64,000 nucleotides of DNA from assembly GCA_001599295.1 (NCBI GenBank), contig BCGN01000008.1, positions 620,001 to 684,000 on the forward strand. Direction: 5' to 3'. The translations under genes and the position numbers were made by a program. Below the pieces are notes generated by a model. That model was not told where the DNA came from and searched no databases. It saw only the letters and a program-made list of their open reading frames with translations. Position 1 is the stretch's first letter. Every line of letters begins with the position of its first letter. Below are positions 47,141 to 59,956 of this stretch, one piece after another. The DNA is from Sporopachydermia quercuum. Lineage: Eukaryota.

Positions 47141-50100
47141 TTTGATTGTATTAAGTTGAAGAGTTTTAACGAATTTCGTTGTAGAAGCGAGTGAATACTT
47201 AAGTTAGTTAATTTGCTATTGGTGAGTTTTAAATATTGTAGAAAGAGATTGAGAAACAGAAGAAGAGAAGAATGTTTATTGAATCGGATATCTCACTGTA
47301 TTTATACAATATGACAGGTTTATTCTACTGTTTCAAAACCCGCTGTAATTCCCTAATTTGTTACCGTCCATTATTTCTTGCGGACCTTTTATTTACTTTA
47401 TTTACATTTGTTATGATTCCAATTTCCATTACTGATTGTCGCATTCCACTTACTCCATTTGATTAGCGGCTCACTACCATAATAGCACTTTCACTAGTTT
47501 CATAACAAGATCTGCCTCGTAATTGTCCAAGTCAGTCCTTTTCTAATCCCAATTCCAGTAATAAATTACCTTTCGATTTCAATTTTCTTTCCAATCATAC
47601 TTGACACTACCTTTTCCATAACAATTACATTCAATTTTAATACCATTCTAAAGTATATTACTATATTTTCGGTATAGTTTTTGCCTGTTTCGAATGGTCA
47701 TTCAAGTTGTCAGTCTAAACTAGTGTTTTAGCCAGCAACTTAGGATGTTTCTGTAAAGTCTAAGCTTTTACTTCCAACTTAAAGTAAACTTTAATTATTT
47801 GGCTTCCTGTGAGTGTTCCTTTAACATATTTTTAAAGTTGTAAACACAGATTATCACTCAATTAGCAGTATTTTATTTTGTAATTGGTAGTTGGAAACCT
47901 TTTTAGCTCAGTTAAAGTTTGAGCTAAATTGGCTAGAACACTCTTATCACCAGTTTTCACCTGTTTCAATGCGGTTCTCGGAATTAGTATACCATGAGTT
48001 ATGAAAGGCGTATTCTAGACTTCTCAAGAATTTGAAAAGACATGGGAAAGACTGTGGATAAGAGATAACAATGTAAAAACATATAATATCTGACTGATGA
48101 TAAAGAGGTTATATAAGCTTATGATTGATTGAATAATTTAAAATGCTAACCGTTAATATACTTATTGACTCAATAATAAAAACTAAATTTCGCAATAAAA
48201 GTAGCTGGAACTGAATTTCACTAGCTATTGCTTGCTGCAAATATATCAATTGATTGTTCTTTCAGAAAAAGCGAAGGAATGAAAAAGTTTGACCGTCTAA
48301 AACAGGAAACATAGTGTTGCAGCAAATATTCTTATATTTGAGATATACTGATGTTAAAGAAACTGCGTTCCGCTGACAATTGCAGTGAAACAATGATGAT
48401 CAAATAGCCAAACAACTAACCATTCAGTTCATAAACGGACTGTATTCCTTCTCTGCTATATGAGGATTATATTACAATAAGTGTTTTTAGCTCTATGGAA
48501 ACAAGCAATGCATTGACAAAATTAATAGACATATATTTTTTACAAACTAACAAATATTAAATAACCTTAGAATAAAACTGACATCAGATTTAGTGTATAC
48601 CTGACAATTGTAAGAAGTAGGAAATAGTTACTAAATTTTAATTGAATATCGTTTGATGTGTCGTATTAGTCTAGGCCTAGTGTGATTGAATACTGGATCT
48701 ATCAAGTCAACTGACGCTTACTTAATGCCCCGGGCTATTTCCCAGTTCAAAGAGAAATGGTGCAGTATCTCTGGCTATTATGAAACTTTGATAGTTGACT
48801 TTTTATGGAACTTTGTTTGATAATTGACTTTAAGCTTATGAATGTTTATAGACTGACAGCCAACTTCGAGTGTTCGGAAAGTAACGCTTATATCACTACT
48901 GTTCATTCAACAATCGCTATTTATTATTTTAATGCTGTCCAATCATTATCAAATCTGGGATTCGTAGATTTCCCGACAGTATATGCTATATAATATTTTT
49001 TATAAAAAGATTTGAAATATTACTCGTGTATGTGAATCAACAACAGGATAGTACTGATAAAAGCCAGAAAAATGTTTTTTGAAAAGAAAGTTGGAATTTT
49101 TGTCCATACGAATTCGTAGCAAATATAATGTTCTAGGAAATGAGTCAATCAATATCGAGAATAAGCTTCTCAATTCCTCCTCGAGGCGAAAACATATCAA
49201 TTGACATGCAAGTGAATAATTGTTAACAAAAGCTTGTTTTGATTATTTGATTGATTTATAAGGAATTCCATTCACTATTACCTGTCAAATTGCAAATTTT
49301 CAAAGTTGATATATTTACGTGGTTACTCTAGCTAGCCTTTTTTATCTTCAGAACACATACTTCACATGTTTTCTTAAAATTTGTCATTGAGCATTATACA
49401 ACTATTGTTCTTGAATCGCGAGACTGAAATCTCTCTAGTGTCCTACTCAATGCTTGTTTCATTTGATATACTCGATTGTTATTTATTATTTTCCCATCTC
49501 ATTGATCTGTTGATGAAGTAACAACGCGTCTCTTTTGTTCTAGATTTTCAAACACGCTGAAAAAATATAGGTGATGTTAACTCAAGTTCCTGAATTACTC
49601 CGTCGAATAATCCAAGGCTTATTTATCATTTTGGTCCAATGACTTCTTATTAATCACATAATCACATGCAGATCCTTGAATCTTTCATTTATATTCAGTT
49701 TCTTTGGTCTTTCTATTTTCGCTATTAAATTTCACTGCCTCCTTTATACGGGAACAGCAATTTCAAAACATTACGCAGGATCATTCGTTTTAGATTACGT
49801 ATTCAAATAATAAGGACTACTTAAACTGTTAAACGATCTTGGAGAGCTAAACTATTTCTAACGATTCAAGGGAAGGAAAATATTGTACAATCAATCCTCT
49901 TCATAATCTTCTTCAGTGTTGAATAATTAAGCTCCTTACCATCACATATATCCCTTTCCTCTCTCAGCATAGTAGTAATGATTACTGCTTCTTCTCTATC
50001 ATCACCTTATCAATCTTAGTTGTATATGAACTTCACATCTCTTTTCACTAAGTATCTCTACACAAACCCCCTGATGCCAACTACATCATCGGCCTTCCCC

Positions 50101-50149
50101 ACATTTTACTTCAAGTCTCACCCTATCTTAGCACCTGCTCCTCATTAAA

Positions 50150-50155
50150 CCTCGG
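50150..50155 (+). promoter_or_regulatory. CCTCGG FarA/Ctf1/Por1-type fatty-acid response element
   Basis: Exact motif about 300 bp upstream of the ECI1 ATG; TATATAA at 50249-50255. Confidence 0.5.
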
Positions 50156-50456
50156 CTGGTTAATAAAATCGGGCTTTTAACTAAGGGTACTAAAGGATTC
50201 TTGATTTTCTGTAATTATGACATTCACTGAAAGTATGTGCCATTTATCTATATAAGTCTAAAGAATTCTTGTTATATAGATGTCCCTGGTTATATGTTAA
50301 GATTGAAGATAGAATTATGAAATATTGTAGTGCTTGGTAGTTGGTGATATATTTCTTATTGAGCATTATTAAGCGCTATTATAGCTCTCATACAAGAGGT
50401 ACTGGTAATTGATTTCAACAGGTAAAAAAATACAGAAGATTTGGAATATTAGAACA

Positions 50457-51371
50457 ATGGCTACTAAACAATTTCCCAATACCACGGCAATCAAAGCCAA
50501 AAATCCTATTATTTTGGAAATCAAAGAAAAGACAGCTGTTATCACCATCAACAACAGTAGATCTCTTAATTCATTAAATGCTGAACAGTATCAATTACTA
50601 GCAGAAGCTGTTGAAGTTGCAGCAGCTCATCCTGATACTTTAGTTACTTTAATTCAGTCAACCGGTAGATTTTTCTCTGCCGGGGCTCAAGTGAATGACT
50701 CAAATATCAGTATATCATCTAGTCCTGAAGATACCTACGTCAAGTCAAATCCAAATAACAAATTGGAAAATTTTGAATCAGTTGAGGCCGTTCGAAAGCG
50801 TCAATTCATCGGATCTTTTGCTGCTAGAAATCTCTACTTAACTCAGTTGTTCTATAACCATCCAAAAGTTTTAGTGACTGCTTTGAATGGACCTGTTGTC
50901 GGTCTCTCTGCGTCTTTAGTAGCTATTAGTGATTTCATTTACGCTGCTGATTCTGCTTTCTTGCTCACCCCATTTGCTAACCTTGGATTGGTTACTGAAG
51001 GTGTAGCTGCATATACTTTGGTATATAGATTAGGTTTATCCAAAGCAAACGAAGCTTTGCTCCAAGCCAGACCAATTAAAGCTGACGAATTATACAGACT
51101 TGGTTTCGTCAATCAAGTATTCTCTACAAAAGATTATAAAACAGCTGATGATTTCAATGACGGGATTCAAGAACTGATTAAAGACAGGTTCTATCATCTT
51201 TCTGCTCAAAGTATTCTGGATATTAAGAAGATTATTCAAATATCTTTGAGGCCAGTCTATGATCAAATCAATGCTGCTGAAGTCATTGGAGGGTTAGACA
51301 AGTTTGCCTTGAATATTCCCCAACAGAGATTTGGTATGATTGCTTCTGGTAAGCTCAAGCATAAAATGTAA
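50457..51371 (+). CDS. ECI1: Peroxisomal delta3,delta2-enoyl-CoA isomerase (crotonase fold)
   Basis: LIQSTGRFFSAGA, ALNGPVVGLSASLVA and PFANLGLVTEG motifs; PTS1-like C-terminus HKM; first ATG at 50457. Confidence 0.92.
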   Translation: MATKQFPNTTAIKAKNPIILEIKEKTAVITINNSRSLNSLNAEQYQLLAEAVEVAAAHPDTLVTLIQSTGRFFSAGAQVNDSNISISSSPEDTYVKSNPNNKLENFESVEAVRKRQFIGSFAARNLYLTQLFYNHPKVLVTALNGPVVGLSASLVAISDFIYAADSAFLLTPFANLGLVTEGVAAYTLVYRLGLSKANEALLQARPIKADELYRLGFVNQVFSTKDYKTADDFNDGIQELIKDRFYHLSAQSILDIKKIIQISLRPVYDQINAAEVIGGLDKFALNIPQQRFGMIASGKLKHKM

Positions 51372-51552
51372 TGGTAAGGAATATTTTGGTGTTTTTCAGA
51401 TTACATGATTATTTATGATATGTATATTGTTTGTTTAATATATTGATATTTTTATGAATTTTCAAGCAGAAATTTCAACTGTTTACTATGGATATGTTAN
51501 TATTTTGTTCGTATTATGAGTATTATTCATTCTTTTCATTCCTTTCAATTTT

Positions 51553-52476
51553 TCAAAATCCGGTGGCATCTCCCCCTGAGATGAAATCACCATCAACCTG
51601 TAAGCCAGTTAATGTAACTTTTTCTTCTTTCAGTCTTTCCTGTTCTTGTTTTCTTTCTCTTTCTCTGCTTACAATACTGGTTCCTGCAATTAGCACTGTT
51701 GCGGAGAACAAAATAGCCATAAGTCCCTGCCGAGTGGTTTGCCATCTAAGAGATTCCACATCACTTTTGATTCCTCCGTTTACTTCGTTGGTAATCTTGT
51801 TATCCAACTCTTGAATCCTAAGACCTAAGCTTCTGATTTCCAAGTTAACGCTGCTTTTCTGGTCGTTTATTTCCATTTCAGCTTCATTTTTCAAATTTAT
51901 CAGTAATTCATTCAGTTCGTCTTGTAAAATTTGATCATCACGTTGAAGCCTGTTTAATTCACTTCTATACAACGATAATTCAGTCTCTCTCTGAGACTTA
52001 ACGTCAGTTCTTAGTTCTGATTCAGCAGCTTGAAATAAGTATGCCTCGTTCTCCCAATCCGTGTTCGTCACACTGGAATCTCGGCATCTGACCAATGCTG
52101 ACCCTAGACATTCCCTAATTATGTTTATCACCGTGTCTGATTGTTCGGGAGTAAAGCCAGCTGCATGCAGTCTAGAATATATCTCATAAGTGTCAAAATG
52201 GTGCATATAAAGTATGATATCGTTCATGCTTTTGCTCGATTCATCATTCTCTTTTCTATCCTGTTCTAGAATTTCTACCTCTGTTTCTAAAGTTTTGTCG
52301 AAAAAATTGTTGTTATTCGTATCCGTTGTGGTCTTTCCTATCTGGCCGTTTGGTGAGTTTAGGTAGATGATGTCTGGTTTACTGTCTGATGTTGAACTGG
52401 GTTTGAAATTTGCTGTTGAATAATTTCTGATGAAAGCTCTTTGAGCTTTCCAAAGAATTGGTCTCCATGAGAGCAT
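51553..52476 (-). CDS. PUT7: Mitochondrial CCDC90/MCUR1-family coiled-coil protein (Put7/Fmp32-like)
   Basis: Presequence, HHFDTY...L..AGFT..Q, ENEAYLFQAA.SELR, a long coiled coil and a C-terminal TM after RWQTTR. Convergent with ECI1, as YLR283W is in S. cerevisiae. Confidence 0.8.
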   Translation of the reverse strand: MLSWRPILWKAQRAFIRNYSTANFKPSSTSDSKPDIIYLNSPNGQIGKTTTDTNNNNFFDKTLETEVEILEQDRKENDESSKSMNDIILYMHHFDTYEIYSRLHAAGFTPEQSDTVINIIRECLGSALVRCRDSSVTNTDWENEAYLFQAAESELRTDVKSQRETELSLYRSELNRLQRDDQILQDELNELLINLKNEAEMEINDQKSSVNLEIRSLGLRIQELDNKITNEVNGGIKSDVESLRWQTTRQGLMAILFSATVLIAGTSIVSRERERKQEQERLKEEKVTLTGLQVDGDFISGGDATGF

Positions 52477-53187
52477 TGATTGTTTGTTGAATTTTTAGCT
52501 TAATGTGGTAATAATGATAATATAGGCAAAAGTAGTATATGATGTTCAATCTATTATGATCGATAAAGCATGAACCATGTAATAACCTCACTATGCAACA
52601 CCAGTGTCTTGTTGTCCTTTACCTTTCAACTAAGTAATCTATCATAAAGCACTACCTTTTTGTTTTCAAACAGTATATCTAATATCTTCTATACCACTAC
52701 TCGTTGTTCATAGGATACTAGAACAATAAAACATGATTTTCCTCATTGTCATTCCTTAAAAGTTTCAGGAACATATGCATCATTAAAATAATGTATATAT
52801 TATATTCATGTGAGGATATATCAAGTCAACTTTTGGCTTTCAGATAAATGAATGGGTTATCACAGATTTCATCCTCCTTTTATATAACGTAATCATAATT
52901 TCATTAGCCGATAGTAATGATTGGGCTCTAATGTCAATACAACCGATGACATAATCATCAATTGTATATTGCAATTTTAATTCAATTCCACACAATTATC
53001 GAAAAGATAAGGAAGACAATGAGATAGAGAAGGACGGACGGGAGTACGGCTGGAAGAATGAAAGAGCAAAAGATGTAATTCACTTTATAACAAATAATTA
53101 TTGATCCAAGATTGTACAATATAGAAAGCTAATGATCGATGAAAAGAGAAAGAATATATATAACAATTGTACGGGAAATCTGATGAA

Positions 53188-53961
53188 ATGGAAGAAACAG
53201 AACCTAGTGTTCCAACTTCGTGGGGAAGTTGGTTAGCCAACTCTACGCAGGAACTGGGACAATCATGTATACGACAGACAAATATAATAACAAATAGTGT
53301 GACGAAACAAGTAGTGCATCTGTGTTGTTCTTGTAACTGTATGAGACCTAAAATGAGGAAAAGAGCAAACTACCGAAGAAATAGTGTTGATATATTCTTC
53401 GATATGTATGACGATGAAGGAACATTTGGACATGACGAAATGGAGCGATTGTTGGCAGCTGAACCAAATTTTCCCGAAGGAATTGTATCCGAAGAAAATT
53501 TAGATTCTCATTATGGAACAGAGGGTGCCTCAAGCCAGACATACAACATTGGGCATGTTCCTGACGGAATGGGATTAGTTGTTCCTGATGATAGTGTTAA
53601 AGGTTTCAATAAAGTGATGTCTAAAGTATGGAAATTTGCTGGAGCTGTGGGTAGGACATTAAGTGCAAACGGTAGAATAATACTGAAAGATGACAACGCT
53701 AGAAGACAAAAAGGGCAAGGTAGAGATAAACAGCCAGATCAGGAAAGAGGTAGATCAAGTACAACGTCGTCAGGATCAAGCGATGGGATACTATCTGATT
53801 ATTCAGCAGCAGAATTAGAAGACGCACAATTAGTTTCGGATGATCTATCGAACGTTCTGCAATTAGATGATTCAGCAGACTCGGCAAACATAACAATCGA
53901 TGATGGGGAAGAGTTTTCAGACTTTGTTGAAGCTGGTGATTCAGAAGAAGGCCTGATATGA
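53188..53961 (+). CDS. Hypothetical acidic protein with an N-terminal Cys cluster (LCCSCNC)
   Basis: First ATG at 53188, 257 aa; FGHDEMERLLA and RSSTTSSG segments; function unknown. Confidence 0.7.
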   Translation: MEETEPSVPTSWGSWLANSTQELGQSCIRQTNIITNSVTKQVVHLCCSCNCMRPKMRKRANYRRNSVDIFFDMYDDEGTFGHDEMERLLAAEPNFPEGIVSEENLDSHYGTEGASSQTYNIGHVPDGMGLVVPDDSVKGFNKVMSKVWKFAGAVGRTLSANGRIILKDDNARRQKGQGRDKQPDQERGRSSTTSSGSSDGILSDYSAAELEDAQLVSDDLSNVLQLDDSADSANITIDDGEEFSDFVEAGDSEEGLI

Positions 53962-54707
53962 GATTTGAAAGAATAGTCAGTCCTCCAACTAGTGGCCGGT
54001 TCACTCGTTGGTACATTATTGGATGAAAATTCAAAGTGATGATTATGATTTATGAATACTGAACACTGAATTGACAGATGTAAAATATAGGAAAATAGCA
54101 AACAAGCATAATACAAGATCGAAAGGGCCACTGAAACTGAAATATAGGGATTAGTTCAAGATAAAGAAAACATGAGAATAGATTAACAACCAGAATTAAG
54201 TGAATCTAAATGTATATAAGGATAATGCAAAAAGTCAAACAAAGAAAAGCAAGTGGAGAAAGGGAATGTAATGAAGGGGAAAGCTAAAAAAGAGAAAGTG
54301 TCAAAGAAAGAAGAAGAAGAAGAGGAAAGGAAAGAGAAAGGGAGGACAAGAGGCGCAAATAGTTAATATATAATAATATTAATAATGATAATAATAATAG
54401 TAATAGTTAAGAACAATCATGAAATAATAATAATAACAATAATAACAGTACTCAGAACCTTAGACGTAGGAGACAGAAATAACATAAGACATAAGAAGGA
54501 TATAATCAAAAGAGTATCTCAGAGATAAGACCATCAATAACTTTTCAGCTGAATGAACGCGACAGGTCCTTTGTCACCATATGATGAAATAGACGCTGTA
54601 ACTTTGAACATAGGAAGTATGAACCAATTCGACGATATGATGAATGTATATAGTTGATACACTCAACTTGTTTCCACTATTTGAAATTCAAACTAGGTAT
54701 AATTAAT

Positions 54708-56324
54708 CTAAAAGGTGAAGCCAGGATTAGTGGTATTTTCGTTAGTTGAACCAAAGGCAAAAGTATCTCCTTTTTGGTTAGGTTCCAACCCTGTTTCTTC
54801 CACTTCGTCTTCGTCCGAGAAATATTTGGTGATGATGGAATAAGCCTTTTGATAGATTTGTTCATTGGAGTTGTTTTGGGCTTCATAGATCTTTTCCATT
54901 CCTTGAGCTTCTTCAACATACAAAGCATATGTGTTTGTAGGTTGACCAGATTGTTGTTTGTCCATCTCACCAACTTTGAGAATGTTATCGATAGCATCTA
55001 GAGTAACTTGAATAATCTTGTTATCTCTGGAATTGAGTAAATCACACAAAGGTGGGATACAACCTTGTTTCACCAAGTATCTGATTTGATCAGGTCTAGA
55101 AAGACCACCTGAAGTAGCATTAGAAATAGCCCAGCAGGCTTCCTTTCTAGTTCGATATTCAGCAGAACTAAGGATTGAGACCAAGGGAGGAATCAAGTTT
55201 TCATCAATAACTGCTTGAATTTGATCAGTGTTACCGGCGGTGATGTTTGAGATGGTCCAGCAAGCTTCCTTTCTGATCGTTTCCTTAGCAGATGACAAAA
55301 GGTTTAATAAACATTTTAAAGCACCACATTCAATGATAACTTGAGTTTGTCTATCATCACCAGTGACAATATTACCAATAGCCCTCAAGGCAGGAGTTTG
55401 AATAGCTGTAGCAGGTGAGTCCAATAAGGAAACCAATCTAGGGGGAATATTAGCATCAATAACGGCTTGAATCTTTTCATTTGTTCCGTCACTGAGGTAA
55501 GAGATAGCCCAACATGTATCAACTAGAGTTTCTTCATCTTGTGAATAAACAAGCTTAGCTAAAGTTGGTAGGACAACAGAAATGACGTTCCAATCAGGGG
55601 CAGGATTCTTTCCTCTACATAAATTGCTGAGAGTCCAAGCAGCATTACGTAACAATGGAGTTGAAGCACCATCGATCAATCCTAACAATGGTGGAAGAAC
55701 ACCACATTGTAAAACATAATCTCTACAGTTAGCAGAATCACCAGCAATATTACCTAAAGCCCACACAGCTTGATCTTTCACTTCAGAGTAAGGAGACTTG
55801 AGCAATTCAATAAAAATTGGGACAGCATCAGCTTCAATGACAACTCTAGTTTGTTCAGAAGATCCAGAAGCGATGTTAGTTAATGCCCACGCTGCTTCAA
55901 GTTGAAGAATTTCTTGGGAGGATCTCAAAAAACTAACTAGAATAGGAACAACACCGGTCTCAATAACTTCTGCGATTGGTGGATTGTTCTCTTGAGATAA
56001 AATCTTTCTGAATTTGATTGTCGCACTGATTTGAGATTCAATATCTGGCGAAGTTATTTCTTGCATCATGAGAGGGAGCTGTTGAAGTTTTGCCGATGTG
56101 TCTGTATCCAACTCATCCTCACTATCAGATTCATTACCAGTGTTGATATCATGACTTTTCAAATCTCTTCTCTTCCTCAAAGTTTCATCTCGTTTAGCCT
56201 TTCTGATTTCTACTTGAGCTTCTCCATGACGCCTACGTAATTCTTCAGGTCTGAACAAACCTCTGTTCTTAAAATTAGTTCTTCTGTGTTCAGGAACAAA
56301 CCTTGATGTGGAATCTCCTTCCAT
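54708..56324 (-). CDS. SRP1: Importin alpha (karyopherin alpha)
   Basis: IBB domain (ELRRR...[14 protein letters not shown]) and ARM repeats ([38 protein letters not shown]). Confidence 0.98.
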   Translation of the reverse strand: MEGDSTSRFVPEHRRTNFKNRGLFRPEELRRRHGEAQVEIRKAKRDETLRKRRDLKSHDINTGNESDSEDELDTDTSAKLQQLPLMMQEITSPDIESQISATIKFRKILSQENNPPIAEVIETGVVPILVSFLRSSQEILQLEAAWALTNIASGSSEQTRVVIEADAVPIFIELLKSPYSEVKDQAVWALGNIAGDSANCRDYVLQCGVLPPLLGLIDGASTPLLRNAAWTLSNLCRGKNPAPDWNVISVVLPTLAKLVYSQDEETLVDTCWAISYLSDGTNEKIQAVIDANIPPRLVSLLDSPATAIQTPALRAIGNIVTGDDRQTQVIIECGALKCLLNLLSSAKETIRKEACWTISNITAGNTDQIQAVIDENLIPPLVSILSSAEYRTRKEACWAISNATSGGLSRPDQIRYLVKQGCIPPLCDLLNSRDNKIIQVTLDAIDNILKVGEMDKQQSGQPTNTYALYVEEAQGMEKIYEAQNNSNEQIYQKAYSIITKYFSDEDEVEETGLEPNQKGDTFAFGSTNENTTNPGFTF

Positions 56325-57273
56325 TGTGATAATGTTTTCCTCCTTCTTTCTTTGCTATGAGATATCAATCAACAAAAGTTGAGTCTTCTTTCTTATTGCT
56401 AACAATAGAAAACAGGAGTTTAATTCAAAGAATAATAATGTCAAACAAATGCTGGGAATAATAACATTCAATATTATTCAGGTCTTTGTCTTCAAACTGT
56501 TTAGAATTGCAACTAATTTTTGTTGAGTCAGTTGTACAGCGATAGCGGTCACTTATGATAGGTGTAGCGTGATAATTAAGTAATTAGGGAATCAATCAAA
56601 TACGTAATGAGAAGAGATTCACCCCAACCTATTTAAGAAATAACTTAATAGATAACTGAATAGATAAGTATCAGAAAAAAGATTATAATCTTGATTTCCT
56701 CTCAATTGTTGAATAAGCATAAGTTTTTAATAACTAATCCAATTGGAAGAAAGACAAAGAAAACTACTTTCAAATTACAAATAAGAATGAAACATTTGTT
56801 TGTTTAATTCTGTATGAAGGGAAGGTTTTTAAAAATTTTCCACTTGGAGGGGAGATTTGTCTTCGTAACAAAAGAGATTACATAATCGGGAAATATGTTG
56901 GAGGCAAATAAGCATTGGCCACCAAGAGGACAAAGGGACTGGCTAATGGGTTCGGGTGTTTTCGTGCTGGCTGCTGCATGATGCCGTATATTTTGGTATA
57001 AGAAGGGCCTACGAGATGTAGAAGCATGTGAGAATATGCAAGCCTCATGTATTGGATTGAATATTTTATGGTTACTTATCACAAGTGTGAAATCTACATT
57101 TATTCGTGAGATATGAGGTGGGAAAAGAGTGCATGTTTATACCCATGGAACTAAACATGAGAATATAATATGTTTATTTAATATAACCTATCTTAACTAT
57201 CTATATCTATGCTATTCTAGCCTGTACTGTCAATTCGAAGAATGTTTAAAAAATGAAATGGTAAATGGATAGT

Positions 57274-57939
57274 TTATCTGACCAATTGATTGGCAACAGT
57301 GAACTGACCTCCAAGATGGGAAGTGTCACCGAAGCTTACGATTTCACCCTTTTTGGTTGCTTTATCGAGCTCAATAACTGTTACTGACGTATTGTAAGGA
57401 ACTCTCAATTGTTCCAAGGTGATCGAATCATTCAATTTGAAACCCAAATCATTCACCAAATGATTGGTGAAGTTAGAAATTACACCACCATGAGTAACTA
57501 AACATATGGTATTGTAGTCCTCTCTGATTGATTTATCTATGGTTTCATCCCACTTCTTATAAACTCTCTTCAAGAAGTCAGGTCTAAGCTCACCAAAATC
57601 TCTAAAATGCTTCCCATGTTTCTCTCCATAACTGATAGCGTCATTCAAATGCATTCCCTCAATTACTCCCATATTTCTCTCTCTTATTTGATCAGTAGTT
57701 TCAAATGGAACAATTGGATGATATTTTCGGATCTCTTCAGATGTCTGTAAACACCTAGTCAAGTCTGAGGATAATATATAATCAAACGGAACATTTTTTA
57801 GTCTCTCACCAACTTCTCTCGCTTGATCTTCACCTTCTTTGTTCAGCTTCGTATCGAGATGGCCCTGCAGTATCTTCTTGACGTTGTGCTCTGTTTGTCC
57901 ATGCCGAATTATATAAACTCTTAGATTTGAAACTGTCAT
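57274..57939 (-). CDS. Histidine phosphatase / phosphoglycerate mutase family (YOR283W-like)
   Basis: RHGQTEHN, SSDLTRC.QT, RER.MG, VTHGG and NTSVT motifs. Confidence 0.9.
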   Translation of the reverse strand: MTVSNLRVYIIRHGQTEHNVKKILQGHLDTKLNKEGEDQAREVGERLKNVPFDYILSSDLTRCLQTSEEIRKYHPIVPFETTDQIRERNMGVIEGMHLNDAISYGEKHGKHFRDFGELRPDFLKRVYKKWDETIDKSIREDYNTICLVTHGGVISNFTNHLVNDLGFKLNDSITLEQLRVPYNTSVTVIELDKATKKGEIVSFGDTSHLGGQFTVANQLVR

Positions 57940-58287
57940 TTTGATTCTAATTGATTATAAATCTCTATGGGATGCCGTAATAAATTATTCTGTATAGTAA
58001 ATTTAGAATACTACTTATCAAACAAGTGGAAGATATAGGAAAAGAAGAAGAGAACATGTGCGTAACATTTATTTTTGTTCTGTCTGTTCCTTATCGGACA
58101 AATGAATCATTTATCATCTGGACGAGAATTTCATGATGTTATTTCCGATATATAGTGATAAGGAAAAAACTATAGTTTCCGATATCTATTACTACTTATC
58201 TTACACTATGATATCTACAACTTCATTCTCGAGTGATTATACCATAATATTCAATAATAAATAACAAATAGGTTGATATATATTGGC

Positions 58288-59040
58288 TTAATCCATACCT
58301 AACGACTTTTTCACTGTCTTCAAAACTAGGTTTTCGTATTGTTTTTTATCCGTTCTCCACATTCTCTGTAAAATGTATGGTTAGCATGATGGCCAACGGT
58401 GCATACTTCCTTTTCCAAAGTATGAAAGGTAATAACAGTGAAAGAAAAAAATTATAACTTACCGCAGCATCGATGTCGGCTCCACTTTCGTCATTCGGTT
58501 CTGATATTTAGTTAGTAAACACACTCCTCAGTCATCAACGAAAACTACCTATCATATCACATAGTATAACATACCTGCCAACATGCTCATAACACTCAAT
58601 AAGATCTTCTCTACACTTTGTATTGGACTCCATCTTTCCGATGCCAACTCATACATATTAGGATCATCACCTGGTGGATGCAAGATAGATATACAAACAG
58701 TGCCATCTTTGTAAATGTTAGGATGATACATCTCACATGTAAATTGTAGTTTTGGTGGTGATAAAGGATAGTCTGTCGGGAACGTCAATTTAGCTGGAAA
58801 CAGCCCTCCTTCATATGGAGTATCTGGTGGACCTTCGATCAAACATTCCCATGTAAAGAAATCGCTATATCATGTTAGTTACCACTTTATTACATATAAG
58901 ATCACAATACTCAAACTTTCAACAATATATACTTACTCCTCATTTACAGGTCCTGCTGAGATTCCTTCAACTGGATCACTGACCAAGTGTTGGTATTCTT
59001 TCATTAATCGCCTCAAGGCTGTTGTTTTAGCCCTCGACAT
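58288..59040 (-). CDS. UBC7: E2 ubiquitin-conjugating enzyme Ubc7, complement(join(58288..58365,58463..58500,58575..58864,58937..59040)), 169 aa
   Basis: [10 protein letters not shown] and [45 protein letters not shown] motifs. Three canonical introns give a continuous frame ending ...VKKSLGMD*. Confidence 0.96.
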
Positions 59041-59956
59041 TTTTATTCTCCTACTCCTAATGCAATATATTCCACAACTTCCGTCCTTCCAAAAAACCTG
59101 TTTAGCCAGATTTGCCAACTTTCCATAGTATCAAACTATCCTATCTTATACATCTATCTATACACACACAAATATATGTAAACCTCAACTTCACCCACTT
59201 TCCTGATTATACATACAGTCAATCAGTCACACACACACCATATCCGTTCTATCGCTCGCCTTCTCTCTATATTTAATATCACATAATCAGAAAACTATTT
59301 ACCCGCTCTATCTAAAAGCGGATTGCTTCGTACCTGACAAAATTCTCCGAGGGTCATTCTCAAGACCAAATTTCATTACAGCTATTGAAAAGTAAAAAAA
59401 TGAGCATTTTAATCGAGTTTAATTGCCTGTTTAGGAACGCCTGCTAATCGATTTTTGTGGGAACAGTGAGAAGAATGTGAAAATACTATGGCTTGAAGCA
59501 ATTAAAATGGAATAATGGTGGTAGCGAAAACTTGGTAAACCGAAATGAAAGATGATAATGATAACTGTAGTGTTATAAGTAGTGGTGTAATTAACCAAAA
59601 CTTGGAAATATTGACTGGATTTGTAAAGTGAGCTTCATCTAAGGTTATTGGATATGAACCACCCCACCACATGAACCAAGGTACCAGGAACACTATTATT
59701 AGTTACCATAGCACCAATTATTGGTTCTCATTAGTATTACACTACGTTTGGGAACGATAGTTTCTTCTATTAGATAAGGGATAAACTGTAAGCTGTTTAG
59801 AGGATAAAACATAAGAACACAGACACCATCANAGCCATACTAAGTTAGAAACGAAGAACGATATTAAAGGTATAGAATCGTTTCTTTCCCATAATTTCAG
59901 AGAAATGCTATGATTCTAGGATTAACACTTTAAGGGATTTCAATCAAATAGCAGTA

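Noticed and set aside
47141..50140. Possible LTR or transposon remnant in the long intergenic region
   Set aside because: No TG...CA-bounded repeat, primer-binding site or transposase/RT fragment detected; more simply promoter DNA.
56800..57130. Less AT-rich patch upstream of SRP1 as a possible ncRNA (RNase P, SRP RNA, snRNA) or the 92-aa ORF
   Set aside because: No diagnostic motifs found by eye; an Rfam scan would be needed.
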